64,000 nucleotides of DNA, from the sequence record LC680885.1. One strand, given 5' to 3'. Under the pieces are notes generated by a model. It had not been told where the DNA came from. It saw only the letters and a list, made by a program, of their open reading frames with translations, and made no database searches. Positions 26,933 to 36,626 of this stretch are shown one piece after another; position 1 is the first letter of the stretch; every line of letters starts with the position of its first letter. The position numbers were made by a program, and so were the translations under genes.

Positions 26933-29098
26933 TTATTTATTAATTCTACTGTATATATGACAAAATGTTATGTCGTCTAAATTTACTGTTTCATTTAATA
27001 ATCTGTCTTTCCAGTTTTCTCCAAGATCATATATCATTTCTGATAATACTTTCTCTGTATAATTTTGTAGAGGGACTAGTTTAGCATCATATTTACTGAA
27101 TTTTCGTATATAGTTTTCATAACTTAAATCGTCAGATACATATTTAATGGATTCAAATATATAAGGTTTAAATATCATATATCTATCAAAATCCATATCA
27201 TCATGAATCATTAATAATTTAGGTAAATAATAAGATTCAATAGGAACTTTAATTTCTAATCCTTGAATATTATTTTTATAATGAACTTCATATTTTAATT
27301 TTCTATCTTTCCAATCAAAATTATTAAGAGCATAATGTATAGGTTCTTCTTTAAGGTAATAATCAATTCCATCATTACTATATGATTGAACACTATCAAA
27401 CGATCTAGGATCGTTATCTGAATCAATATTATTTAACTCATTATCTTCATTAGTCATTACATAATCTTCATATATAAAATAATAATTTTTAATATTAGGA
27501 TACACTAAAGCTTTTTTATTGACATTTGAATGTTTTTTGACTGTATTTGAATTTATAATAAGAGAATCAAATAAGAAATTATTTTTGTCAGGTGTAGTTA
27601 TTTGTATATCATTTTCTTTTCTAAGATAAATTTCATTGATATATTCATCTATATTCATTTCTGGAAATCTCTTATATAAACCTAATGTACATAAATTGTT
27701 ATGATCTTCATGAACTTTAGCAATATAATTTTTACCATTAATATTTACTACCGCTTCTTCTTGTTTAGAATTCTTTATTTGATCATTATTAAATTTTCTT
27801 CTAAATAATATTTTGAAATCATACATTCCAGATTCAGATAAATTTAAAGTATTCTTAACAGTTCCTGTAGTTAAAGAAAATTTATCAGATAAACTACTAA
27901 CTTCTTCTATATTTGTAGTTTTATTATCTATTTTAAAAGTTTCTAAAGTTTTACCGGTTCCTTGATTATAAGAATCATTATCTATATAGAAATCTTTAAT
28001 AGGTACTATAGTTCTAGTTCCTACTTTAAAGTGATTTTCTTGTTTTGAATAGAAAGGATTTTTAGCTTCAGGAACTTCAACTTCTTCTAATAATATAACG
28101 TTTATATCATTTTCTTTAGTAGAGAAGTTTTTATCATATTCAAATTTAAATGTATGAGTTCCTTCTTCTAAATATAAAGGCGGTTCTTCAAAATATTCAT
28201 CTTTAGCATCATCATATTTTTCTAATATAGATCTAAACCATAATAAACTTTTATTCGTAGGAGTTCTAAAATAACTTCCCACATTATCTATAAATACTTT
28301 ATTCACTGTACCATTATTATAATGATTTCCAGCTTTAAATCTTACTTCATAATGGGATGATTTAGGAATATTAATTTTCATTTCTAATATTCCATCTTCT
28401 ATAGTCACATATCCTTTTCCTAAGAACCTATCATAACCTGAATCTCTCTTATAAGCTCCATCAAATTCACTTTCTCTAGTTCTATAAACATCACCTAGAT
28501 ATGCATCATAGAATATTCTTCCATCTTCTACTAATCCATTATATATAATGCCATCTATTAATTCAGATTCTTTTAATATTTTTTGATTAAACGCATAGTC
28601 TTTAGGATAATTATTATTATCTTTATAGACTGGTGGATAAGGTTCAATTTTCACCTCACTTTCTACCAGATTGTTAAAATTTAAATCTTCATACTCAATA
28701 TTACCTATATAATTGGTATCATATATTCTTTCCATTTTACCTAAGTAATTATAATATATTGTAAATAAATCATATTTTAATTCACCAATTAATTCATAAG
28801 GTCTTTCTTCATAAACTAAAACATCTTTAGTTAATTCATTTTGATTTAATATAGGATTTTCAATTCCATATTCTTTTTTAATATATGAAGCTGATTCAAA
28901 TAAATTAACCTCACCATCTTCTTTAAAAGATAATTTTTTGTATTCATCAGAATCAAATTCTATTTTTAATAATAATTTTTCTTTCTTTTTAGTTTTAGTT
29001 GTAATCAATGGTCTATTTTCATTATCTTTAATTTTAGTAATAACGATTTCACCATTATTATTTTTATCAATTAACTCTTCTATTCTATAAAGCTTCAT
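26933..29098 (-). CDS. Putative tail/baseplate protein with tandem CBM6/CBM35-like beta-sandwich domains
   Basis: 721 aa; ESEF.GA....GY....GKGYV...INIPKSSHYEVRF...LEEGTHTFKF, plus a second NLSESGMYDFKI...VNING...IYLRKENDIQI repeat. Confidence 0.45.
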   Translation of the reverse strand: MKLYRIEELIDKNNNGEIVITKIKDNENRPLITTKTKKKEKLLLKIEFDSDEYKKLSFKEDGEVNLFESASYIKKEYGIENPILNQNELTKDVLVYEERPYELIGELKYDLFTIYYNYLGKMERIYDTNYIGNIEYEDLNFNNLVESEVKIEPYPPVYKDNNNYPKDYAFNQKILKESELIDGIIYNGLVEDGRIFYDAYLGDVYRTRESEFDGAYKRDSGYDRFLGKGYVTIEDGILEMKINIPKSSHYEVRFKAGNHYNNGTVNKVFIDNVGSYFRTPTNKSLLWFRSILEKYDDAKDEYFEEPPLYLEEGTHTFKFEYDKNFSTKENDINVILLEEVEVPEAKNPFYSKQENHFKVGTRTIVPIKDFYIDNDSYNQGTGKTLETFKIDNKTTNIEEVSSLSDKFSLTTGTVKNTLNLSESGMYDFKILFRRKFNNDQIKNSKQEEAVVNINGKNYIAKVHEDHNNLCTLGLYKRFPEMNIDEYINEIYLRKENDIQITTPDKNNFLFDSLIINSNTVKKHSNVNKKALVYPNIKNYYFIYEDYVMTNEDNELNNIDSDNDPRSFDSVQSYSNDGIDYYLKEEPIHYALNNFDWKDRKLKYEVHYKNNIQGLEIKVPIESYYLPKLLMIHDDMDFDRYMIFKPYIFESIKYVSDDLSYENYIRKFSKYDAKLVPLQNYTEKVLSEMIYDLGENWKDRLLNETVNLDDITFCHIYSRINK

Positions 29099-29128
29099 TG
29101 TAATAACTCAACTCTCTTCTATAATATT

Positions 29129-30589
29129 TTATGATAATGCACTTCCAATAGCACTGTTAGGATGAGGGTTTGCTTGAGATTTATAACCGTAAATAGTATC
29201 ATCTATTTGTTGTTTAAATACTCTTCCTTTTAAAACTTGCATACTTCTTGAATACTGATTTTGCATATTAATTTGAGCTTTATCTATAATTGATAGTTGA
29301 TCTCTTCTAATACCTGCTAAACAATCAATATAAGAAATTAAACCTGTATTAAATTTCATACGTTGGAATGATTTTGATGCCATTAAGTTAGGGTACATAT
29401 CTCTTACATTTAGTGAAACTGTTATTTCTCTAGGGAAACCATCTGCTGTCCATGTACCTTCTTCTCCACGAACTATATTCATTGATGTTATAATACCTGT
29501 ATGACATTCAAATCTACCAGGACAGTTTGCTCTAACAATGAATGGTTGTTTATATGAGAAAATAGAATCTTGTAAAGGTAAAGCTAATACCAATAATGAC
29601 ATGAACGGTAAATATACATTTTCAAAAATAGATTGAGGATCTCCATACGCACTATAGAATTTAAATTCTAAGTTATAAGTACGGTCAAAAGTTGAGTTCA
29701 TCCATACATCAGGATAATACATTGATGCTCCATCTAAATTTTCCATAAAGTTACCAACTATACCACCTAATACTGGCATATTTGCAACCATATCATTAAT
29801 GCTATCTTTAATAGATCTTGTAATTTTACCTAAAATAGAAGCTCCTCCAATACGAGCCATTTCTTTTTCTTCACGTATTTCTTGGTTTTTATTATTAATC
29901 TGAGAAGCTATATCAGATTGATTATACTCATGCATTGCTGATTCAGATACACTAGTAGCTTTATCCGCATAATAAGCTAAACCATAGTTTTTGTCATCTA
30001 AAGATCCACCTAAATCAAATGATCCTTTTAATCCCATAGATGCATGTAATTGACTTCCCATGGTTTGTACGTATTTATAATATTCACTCATTTTAGGTTC
30101 AAAACTAACCATACGTCCATCTTTAGTATTACCTATACCAACTAATCCAGCTGTAGTATTTGCCAATCTATCTAAACCTTCTCCAAAACTCCATAATTTA
30201 CCTTCACCCGGTTTACCAAATAGTTTACCGTTCAATTTAGGCATACCTGGCATTATAAATACTAAAGGTAAGTCTAATTCAAATGTTCTTTTATATATTC
30301 TTCTATTAGGGTCATCTAAACTAGAGTAGTACATAGGCATTCCAAATACATCTAGTTCACCTTTAACATTTCTCAATTTAGTTTTATCGGAAGCACCATA
30401 TTCAGAAATATTACGAGTATTACCTGTAGCATCTTTAAATACACCTAAATCATTCTGACTTGGATCATATTCTTGGAAATCATAATCACCTTTAGTTTCA
30501 TCAGGTTTAGGTATTAAAGCAATATCGTCATCACTAATATCTAAAGGTTTCGTACTACCTTTTTCATTTTTATCTTTTTCTTCTGCCAA
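29129..30589 (-). CDS. Baseplate tail-tube cap/initiator (T4 gp48/gp54-like)
   Basis: YPDVWMNSTFDRTYNLEFKF...PFIVRA...GIITSMNI...WTADGFPREITVSL tube-fold signature. Confidence 0.65.
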   Translation of the reverse strand: MAEEKDKNEKGSTKPLDISDDDIALIPKPDETKGDYDFQEYDPSQNDLGVFKDATGNTRNISEYGASDKTKLRNVKGELDVFGMPMYYSSLDDPNRRIYKRTFELDLPLVFIMPGMPKLNGKLFGKPGEGKLWSFGEGLDRLANTTAGLVGIGNTKDGRMVSFEPKMSEYYKYVQTMGSQLHASMGLKGSFDLGGSLDDKNYGLAYYADKATSVSESAMHEYNQSDIASQINNKNQEIREEKEMARIGGASILGKITRSIKDSINDMVANMPVLGGIVGNFMENLDGASMYYPDVWMNSTFDRTYNLEFKFYSAYGDPQSIFENVYLPFMSLLVLALPLQDSIFSYKQPFIVRANCPGRFECHTGIITSMNIVRGEEGTWTADGFPREITVSLNVRDMYPNLMASKSFQRMKFNTGLISYIDCLAGIRRDQLSIIDKAQINMQNQYSRSMQVLKGRVFKQQIDDTIYGYKSQANPHPNSAIGSALS

Positions 30590-30630
30590 TATTATTCACT
30601 TCCTTTAATTTCATTTATTTTGAAATAATA

Positions 30631-30670
30631 TATGCGGATATGACATATAATAAACTGTCATATCCGCATA
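30631..30670 (-). terminator. Strong hairpin after the 1960 aa tail gene
   Basis: 15-bp perfect stem tatgcggatatgaca/tgtcatatccgcata. Confidence 0.7.
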
Positions 30671-30720
30671 ATCTTTACTATATAAAAGAGTTGTTCTTCT
30701 ATTTATTCAAATCATTAACT

Positions 30721-33700
30721 TTATTTACCTGAAAATACTGGTATAGCAGATCTCACGTCAATATTGAATTGATCTCCATAAGCTCTATTAATAGCTTCTT
30801 GAAGATCAGAATCTCCTTGTGAAGGTCCATTATTATTACCTGGATTGATAATAATAGTACTTCCGTTTCCATTATTACCACCTGTACCAGGATTATATGG
30901 ATCATTAGGATTAACAATGACATTACCATTATTATTATTACCATTAGCTCCATTGTTTCCATTTTGTCCATTATTTCCAGTATTGCCGTTGCTACCATTA
31001 TTTCCATTTGCACCGTTAATAATATCTGGGTTATTTTGTAAATTATCTTTAATGATTTTATCAATTTCTTTATTAATTTCTTTGATAATTACATTACCTT
31101 TAGAATCAACTAAGTCACCTTTATTATTGATAGTTGTGTTATTAAAGATATTATCACCTTTATTAATAGTAGTGTTATTACCTTTAAATGACATTTTTCT
31201 AAGCTGATCTAACATCTTAGCTGTATTCTTATCAATATTACTTGTATGCTTATTAATTTCATCTAAATCCATACGTTTTTGCTTATCAACTTTCATAGGT
31301 CCATTTTTGTAAGACACTGTAGAGTTATTATAATTATTAGTAATATTATAAATATTTCTTACAGTATTATTATCACCTTGAATTGTTTGATGAGTAGTAG
31401 AATTGTTGGTTGTAGTTCCCGGTGAAGTATAGTTATTATTAACTATGGTAGAATTAGTATTCCCCCCATTATTAATTACAGTACTTCCGCCAGAAGAACT
31501 TCCTGATCCTTGTTGTTGAGATTGACCTGGCATTGATGAAGATGATCCATCTTGACCAGTTGTACCAGATTCACCATCTTCTCCATCAGATCCTGATGAA
31601 CCTGATGAGCCAGAGTCTCCTGATTCACCATCTTCTCCATCAGATCCTGATGAACCTGATTCAGATTTCTTCTTACCAGCTTCAGATTTAAGCTTTTCTT
31701 GTTGTTCTTGATCTATTTTTTTGGCTTCTTCGTAATCAATACCATATATTTGAGCGTAACGTTTCATTAAACGATCATTTAATGCTTCTTGTTCTTCTTC
31801 ATCCATACGGTTATCGTCACGTCCAGTAATGGATCCGTACCAAGTACCATTTTTGAAACTATATTCTGAAGCTCCTGGTGAACCTCCTGATTCTGAACCT
31901 TCATCACTTGAGCTTCCGCTATCAGAGCCTCCTTCACCATATCTCATATATCCATCAATTCCCCATTTAGGGTTTTTATATTTATTAGCGCTGTTAATAA
32001 CAACACCATCAACGCCATTAGCTTCTACTTGTTTACCTCCACCAATGTACATTGTAACGTGTTCTATATTATCACATAAAATAATGTCACCTGGTTTAAG
32101 GTCTTTGGGACTTTTAGCTTTAATTTTCTCAAAAGGCGTATCTCCATTCCAGAATGAATGAGTAGTGGCGTTTTTATCCATATCTAAACCAGCTTTTACA
32201 TAAGCTCTAGCTATCAAACTAGAACAGTCAAAAGAATTAGCTCCTTGTCTGTTAGGTTGTGAATATTTTGCACCAACCTGTTTCTTAGCCCATGCAACAG
32301 CTTTATCAATTTTGGCTTTTTGACTTCCGCCACCACCACCGCCTCTTTGTATAGGTGGATTGCCTTTAATTATTCCTGTTCTACGTGAGCTTTTGTTTTT
32401 TCCTGATGTAGATGAAACCATGTTAGAAAATTTACTAATATCATTTGTATCAGCTATAACTGAACCGGCTCCACCTCCACCAGCTCCTCCACCTTTTTTC
32501 TTAGTAGATTTTTTACCAGAACCACTGAATTGTTTGATAAAAGCATTACCAGAAGAAATACGTGACCCTAAAGCAGGAACGCCAGCTCTTTCATATTTAC
32601 TTACCCAAGAAGCAGCTGCTTGTTCTACTGTTTTAGTAGTTTTAAGGTGAGATAAGGCAGCACTTTCTGATCCACTTAATTCTTTCCATAAATAATCTAA
32701 TTGTAAGTCTAAATCAGACCATTTTTTACCTTTTTCTTTAGCATATTTCATTAAACCTTGTCTACGAGTATTATCCCATTGAGCAATACCAATACCATAA
32801 CCAGAAATAGCACTATTAGCTTTTGCTTCATCAAATTTGGCATCTCCTTGAACACGATCAGCTTTCATTCCAGATTCATGTGCAAAGTTACCTAAAACAC
32901 CAGCAGTTTGTTCATCAGAAAGTCCTTTATCTTTAAGGAAATTCCAAATTTTCTCTGCACCTTCACCTTCAATTCCGGCTGCATCACTTCCTGAAGATGA
33001 TGCTGAACTTGATGAAGATGATCCAGAGCCAGCCATAAAACCAGCCATGATATCATTCATCATTCCTCCGAGCTTGTCAAACCAGTCTCCAATAGTGTTA
33101 ACTACTTCTCCACCTGGTTCATTTATATCTAATTTAGATTTTTTCTTTTTCTTCTTACTTAGTAGAGAATAAAAAGGAGACATACGCATCATAGTTTCTG
33201 CTAATTTCTTAGGAGCCTTTTTAAGTTTACTCATAAGATTTTTAGGCATTAATTTATTCATTTGATGACCAATTCTACCCATTACTGATAATGGTGAATT
33301 TTTCATAGCTCCGTCTACATCTTTTTTAATGTCGTCTCTAGTTTTTCCTGCTGATTCTTCTACTTGTTTCTTAGCATCTTTGTTAGCTTTATCTGACATT
33401 CCATTCATTTCAGCTATTTCTTTTTTAGCTCTATCAGATGCTTCACTTTCAATTCCTTCTTGATATGAGCTTAATTCTTCTTTACTAGCTTCAGTCATTT
33501 CTTTACTCATATTTCCCATTTCTTCTTCATGACTAGAGAATTTGTCTTTTAACCATCCCCAACCAGATTTAATTAATCCAGTTCCTCCTTGAAGAAGCAT
33601 AGAAGTCATACCAGTTAAATTACTTAAGCCTTTACCGGCTAATGCTAAAGGAGCCATCATTAACATAGAAGCACCACCGACAACTTTTTTAATCAACCCA

Positions 33701-36603
33701 CCAAAGCCACTTGATTTTTCTTCCATAGCCATATCAGTTTGATCTCCAAAGCTTTTAGCCATACCTGTAGTTTTCTGAACCATGTTCATACCTAAACCAA
33801 ATGCTGGTTTTACAATTGATTTATATAATCCCATTCCAGCTAATCCTAATAAAGGAGTAGAAGCTAATAAAGGATTATCTTTAATAAAACCGCCTATAAT
33901 TGAAGATTTATCTACAGAACCACCCATTTTAGTATCAACTGAAGGATCAACTGCAAAATTTTCTCCACCAGGTTGAGTTGAATCTAATTTCTCTTGTTCT
34001 TTTTTAGTTTTAGAAGGATGATCATTGAATCCAATAATGCTACCTAATGTTTTAATTGGATGTTTTAATGATTCTATAGGATGAGTTATTGTTCTAATAA
34101 TATCTGGTCCAGCTAATGCCAATGATGCAATTTGTCCAATACCAGGTATAGCATTTACTCCAACACGAGCACCTACTTTAGCTCCTGCTTTAAGTAATCC
34201 TTTACCTACAGCTTTTTTAGCACCTTTTCCAGCAGCCATTTTAGCAGCTCTAGCTTTAAGTTTTCCTTTAAGTCTACTACCTGCACCAGCCATTAAAGCA
34301 CCACTAGCAGCAAATTTGCCAGTTAAAGAACCACCCATGCTAGTTACTTTACCACCTAATTTAGTATTAGATAATTTACCTATTTTTTCTTTAACAAGAT
34401 CTTTACCTTTGTTTTTATATTTATCAAATTTTTCTTTGAGATGTTTATTACCCTCAATAAAATCTTGAGCTTCTCCTACTTTATCTGCAAAATCTTTATC
34501 ATCTGAATTGTCAGAAGATTTAGCTTGTCCATTTTCTAAAGTTTGTTCATTAGGAATAATAGTAGATCTATTATCTTCATCTTTAATATTATCATTTCTT
34601 GTATTATCAGATTTTCTACTTTGATTTGTATTAGAAGATGCTGTAGAAGTATTTTTATTTAAAGTTTGCTCTCTAGGATCTATTTCTCTAGAAACATTAT
34701 CATTAGGTTGATTTACATCACTAATTATACCACTTGAATTACTGTCACTAGAATTACTGTTATATCTTTTCTCAGGTATTTTGCTATTTATTCTAGATAC
34801 AATTTGTTTAATTTCACTTATATCTTTATTAACGATATTGAAGTTAATATTATCGTATACTGCATCTTTATTAGTGCTAAGAATACCACTTCCATTTTCA
34901 TTATTTAATTTAGAAGTAATATTTTTAGAAGTACCTTTTCTTTTATTTTCATCATTAAGAGCATTTATAGAACTACTAGATAGTTTCTTCTTAATATCTT
35001 TAGATTCTTTATTTAATTGCATTCTAGTTTTAGTTAAACTAGTTTTAGCTTCTTTATCATTAAATAATTTATCTAGGAGAATATTAAATGGATCATTCGG
35101 GTCATTTGATTTAACCTGATCAAGTTCATTGCTTTTATTAATATTTTTAGAAATAATTTCTTTAATCTTAGATGTAGCTTTATTTTTGTTATCTTCATTA
35201 CTGAAAAGATCAATTCCCATTTCAGAAGCTATATTTTCAAATTCTTTAGTAAAACTAGATTCTTTGATAGTTTTATTAACTTTTTCTTCTATATCATCTT
35301 TAATAGATTTAGAAGTTTTAAATGAACCTGAATCATAGTCATAATGAATTTCTTGACCATCTTCTGAAGTTAAACCAACTATTTTGGATAAATAACCAGG
35401 TATAACTGTATTAAGTGTATTATGAGTTTCCACATCAAAAGCAACTTTTTGATGTCTATCTTTTCTGTTAGCAGTTGATATACCACCAGTTACACTATCA
35501 AATATTTTGTCAATTAATTTACTTTTACCTGATTTGACATCCTCAAGAAGATCATCTCTTCTTTTGTCTCTTTTTCGTTGTTTAGTACCATCTTTATCAT
35601 CTTTACCAAAAGGATTAATTTTTTTATTGGCAAATTTACCGACTGCTTTTTCTATAAAAGTATTTTCATTATTAAGGAAATCAAAAGCTTTACCTTTAGC
35701 TACATCGACTAAACCTAAACTTTTGATACCTTGTTTTTTAGAACCAATAACTTCTTTAAGTAATTCAGTTCCTTGTTTTTTAATAAAGTCTTTAGCTTTA
35801 TCTTTGAATCCTTCTTCTTGAGATCCTTCTAATATACTTGATAAAGTTATATTAGATAAGAATAGATCTTCTAATGAATTACTATTTTTAATTTCAGATA
35901 TATTTTTAATTTTAGTATTCTGTCTAATAGCATTACTAGTTTGAATTAAACCATTTAAATTCTGGAACATACTTTCTCTAATACTATCATTAGCTTCTCT
36001 CATTAAGTTAAGATTATCAATCATAGAAGTAAAACCAGTAGTATTTATTTGAGAAAGATTAGATACAGAAGAAGTTAATAGAGCTGTAGATTTAGCAGAA
36101 GAACCGCCATCATTAATAACTGTTGTGGAAGATACTATTCTAGATTTATTATCATCTTCTTCGTCAAAGTCATCAAATTCAAAATCACCATCTAAAGAAT
36201 CATCTGTGTCAGAATCCATATCTGAAAAACTATCGTCAAAACTAAAATCTTCAAAATCACCACCGACATCCATGCCCATGTTATTGAAGTTTTTTAATGA
36301 TTCTTTATCTTGGATTGTTTCTCCAGTTTTAAATGTATTCTTAGTAGATTCTAAAGCTTCTTTAGATAAATCTTTAGTAGATTCACTTATCTTTTGTAAT
36401 TGTTTTTTCTTTTTATTCTTTAATTCTTTGACAGCCTTTAATGGATTATTCTGATCCATCATACGCTTCATGTCATTAGATTTCATTTTATTTAAATTTT
36501 TATTAAATTCAATATCTATATATTTTCTAGAAGATTTAGAGGAGGAGTTATTTCTAAACTCCTTCTCTATCTTGCTAGTGTTAAATTTCTTATCTCTAGC
36601 CAA
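30721..36603 (-). CDS. Giant tail-associated lysin/tape-measure-like protein: phage tail lysozyme (Phage_lysozyme2) plus NlpC/P60
   Basis: IWNFLKDKGLSDEQTAGVLGNFAHESG...GIGIAQW (about 32530-32960); FDCSSL...EHVTMYIGGGKQVEA Cys-His-Glu (about 31940-32310); AGGAGGTG RBS with TTG start. Confidence 0.85.
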   Translation of the reverse strand: MARDKKFNTSKIEKEFRNNSSSKSSRKYIDIEFNKNLNKMKSNDMKRMMDQNNPLKAVKELKNKKKKQLQKISESTKDLSKEALESTKNTFKTGETIQDKESLKNFNNMGMDVGGDFEDFSFDDSFSDMDSDTDDSLDGDFEFDDFDEEDDNKSRIVSSTTVINDGGSSAKSTALLTSSVSNLSQINTTGFTSMIDNLNLMREANDSIRESMFQNLNGLIQTSNAIRQNTKIKNISEIKNSNSLEDLFLSNITLSSILEGSQEEGFKDKAKDFIKKQGTELLKEVIGSKKQGIKSLGLVDVAKGKAFDFLNNENTFIEKAVGKFANKKINPFGKDDKDGTKQRKRDKRRDDLLEDVKSGKSKLIDKIFDSVTGGISTANRKDRHQKVAFDVETHNTLNTVIPGYLSKIVGLTSEDGQEIHYDYDSGSFKTSKSIKDDIEEKVNKTIKESSFTKEFENIASEMGIDLFSNEDNKNKATSKIKEIISKNINKSNELDQVKSNDPNDPFNILLDKLFNDKEAKTSLTKTRMQLNKESKDIKKKLSSSSINALNDENKRKGTSKNITSKLNNENGSGILSTNKDAVYDNINFNIVNKDISEIKQIVSRINSKIPEKRYNSNSSDSNSSGIISDVNQPNDNVSREIDPREQTLNKNTSTASSNTNQSRKSDNTRNDNIKDEDNRSTIIPNEQTLENGQAKSSDNSDDKDFADKVGEAQDFIEGNKHLKEKFDKYKNKGKDLVKEKIGKLSNTKLGGKVTSMGGSLTGKFAASGALMAGAGSRLKGKLKARAAKMAAGKGAKKAVGKGLLKAGAKVGARVGVNAIPGIGQIASLALAGPDIIRTITHPIESLKHPIKTLGSIIGFNDHPSKTKKEQEKLDSTQPGGENFAVDPSVDTKMGGSVDKSSIIGGFIKDNPLLASTPLLGLAGMGLYKSIVKPAFGLGMNMVQKTTGMAKSFGDQTDMAMEEKSSGFGGLIKKVVGGASMLMMAPLALAGKGLSNLTGMTSMLLQGGTGLIKSGWGWLKDKFSSHEEEMGNMSKEMTEASKEELSSYQEGIESEASDRAKKEIAEMNGMSDKANKDAKKQVEESAGKTRDDIKKDVDGAMKNSPLSVMGRIGHQMNKLMPKNLMSKLKKAPKKLAETMMRMSPFYSLLSKKKKKKSKLDINEPGGEVVNTIGDWFDKLGGMMNDIMAGFMAGSGSSSSSSASSSGSDAAGIEGEGAEKIWNFLKDKGLSDEQTAGVLGNFAHESGMKADRVQGDAKFDEAKANSAISGYGIGIAQWDNTRRQGLMKYAKEKGKKWSDLDLQLDYLWKELSGSESAALSHLKTTKTVEQAAASWVSKYERAGVPALGSRISSGNAFIKQFSGSGKKSTKKKGGGAGGGGAGSVIADTNDISKFSNMVSSTSGKNKSSRRTGIIKGNPPIQRGGGGGGSQKAKIDKAVAWAKKQVGAKYSQPNRQGANSFDCSSLIARAYVKAGLDMDKNATTHSFWNGDTPFEKIKAKSPKDLKPGDIILCDNIEHVTMYIGGGKQVEANGVDGVVINSANKYKNPKWGIDGYMRYGEGGSDSGSSSDEGSESGGSPGASEYSFKNGTWYGSITGRDDNRMDEEEQEALNDRLMKRYAQIYGIDYEEAKKIDQEQQEKLKSEAGKKKSESGSSGSDGEDGESGDSGSSGSSGSDGEDGESGTTGQDGSSSSMPGQSQQQGSGSSSGGSTVINNGGNTNSTIVNNNYTSPGTTTNNSTTHQTIQGDNNTVRNIYNITNNYNNSTVSYKNGPMKVDKQKRMDLDEINKHTSNIDKNTAKMLDQLRKMSFKGNNTTINKGDNIFNNTTINNKGDLVDSKGNVIIKEINKEIDKIIKDNLQNNPDIINGANGNNGSNGNTGNNGQNGNNGANGNNNNGNVIVNPNDPYNPGTGGNNGNGSTIIINPGNNNGPSQGDSDLQEAINRAYGDQFNIDVRSAIPVFSGK
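31568..31660. repeat. Tandem direct repeat, 39 nt x2 at 54-nt period, encoding an SGSSGSDGEDGES linker
   Basis: gattcaccatcttctccatcagatcctgatgaacctgat at 31568-31606 and 31622-31660. Confidence 0.9.
31658..31878. repeat. 221-nt module copy A (copy B at 37141-37361)
   Basis: Gap-free manual alignment: 23 differences, about 18 synonymous; 3 amino-acid changes in about 74. Confidence 0.9.
34040..34083. repeat. 44-nt identical segment shared with 39247-39290 (HPIESLKHPIKTLGS)
   Basis: ctacctaatgttttaattggatgttttaatgattctataggatg occurs in both giant genes. Confidence 0.9.
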
Positions 36604-36626
36604 TTATTAGTTCCACCTCCTGCTAT

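Noticed and set aside
25911-30720. Tail-assembly chaperone programmed frameshift
   Set aside because: No overlapping gpG/gpGT-type ORF pair or convincing slippery site ahead of the tape-measure-like genes
31568-31660. CRISPR-like repeat array
   Set aside because: Only two copies, in frame within a Ser/Gly linker; no spacers or cas genes
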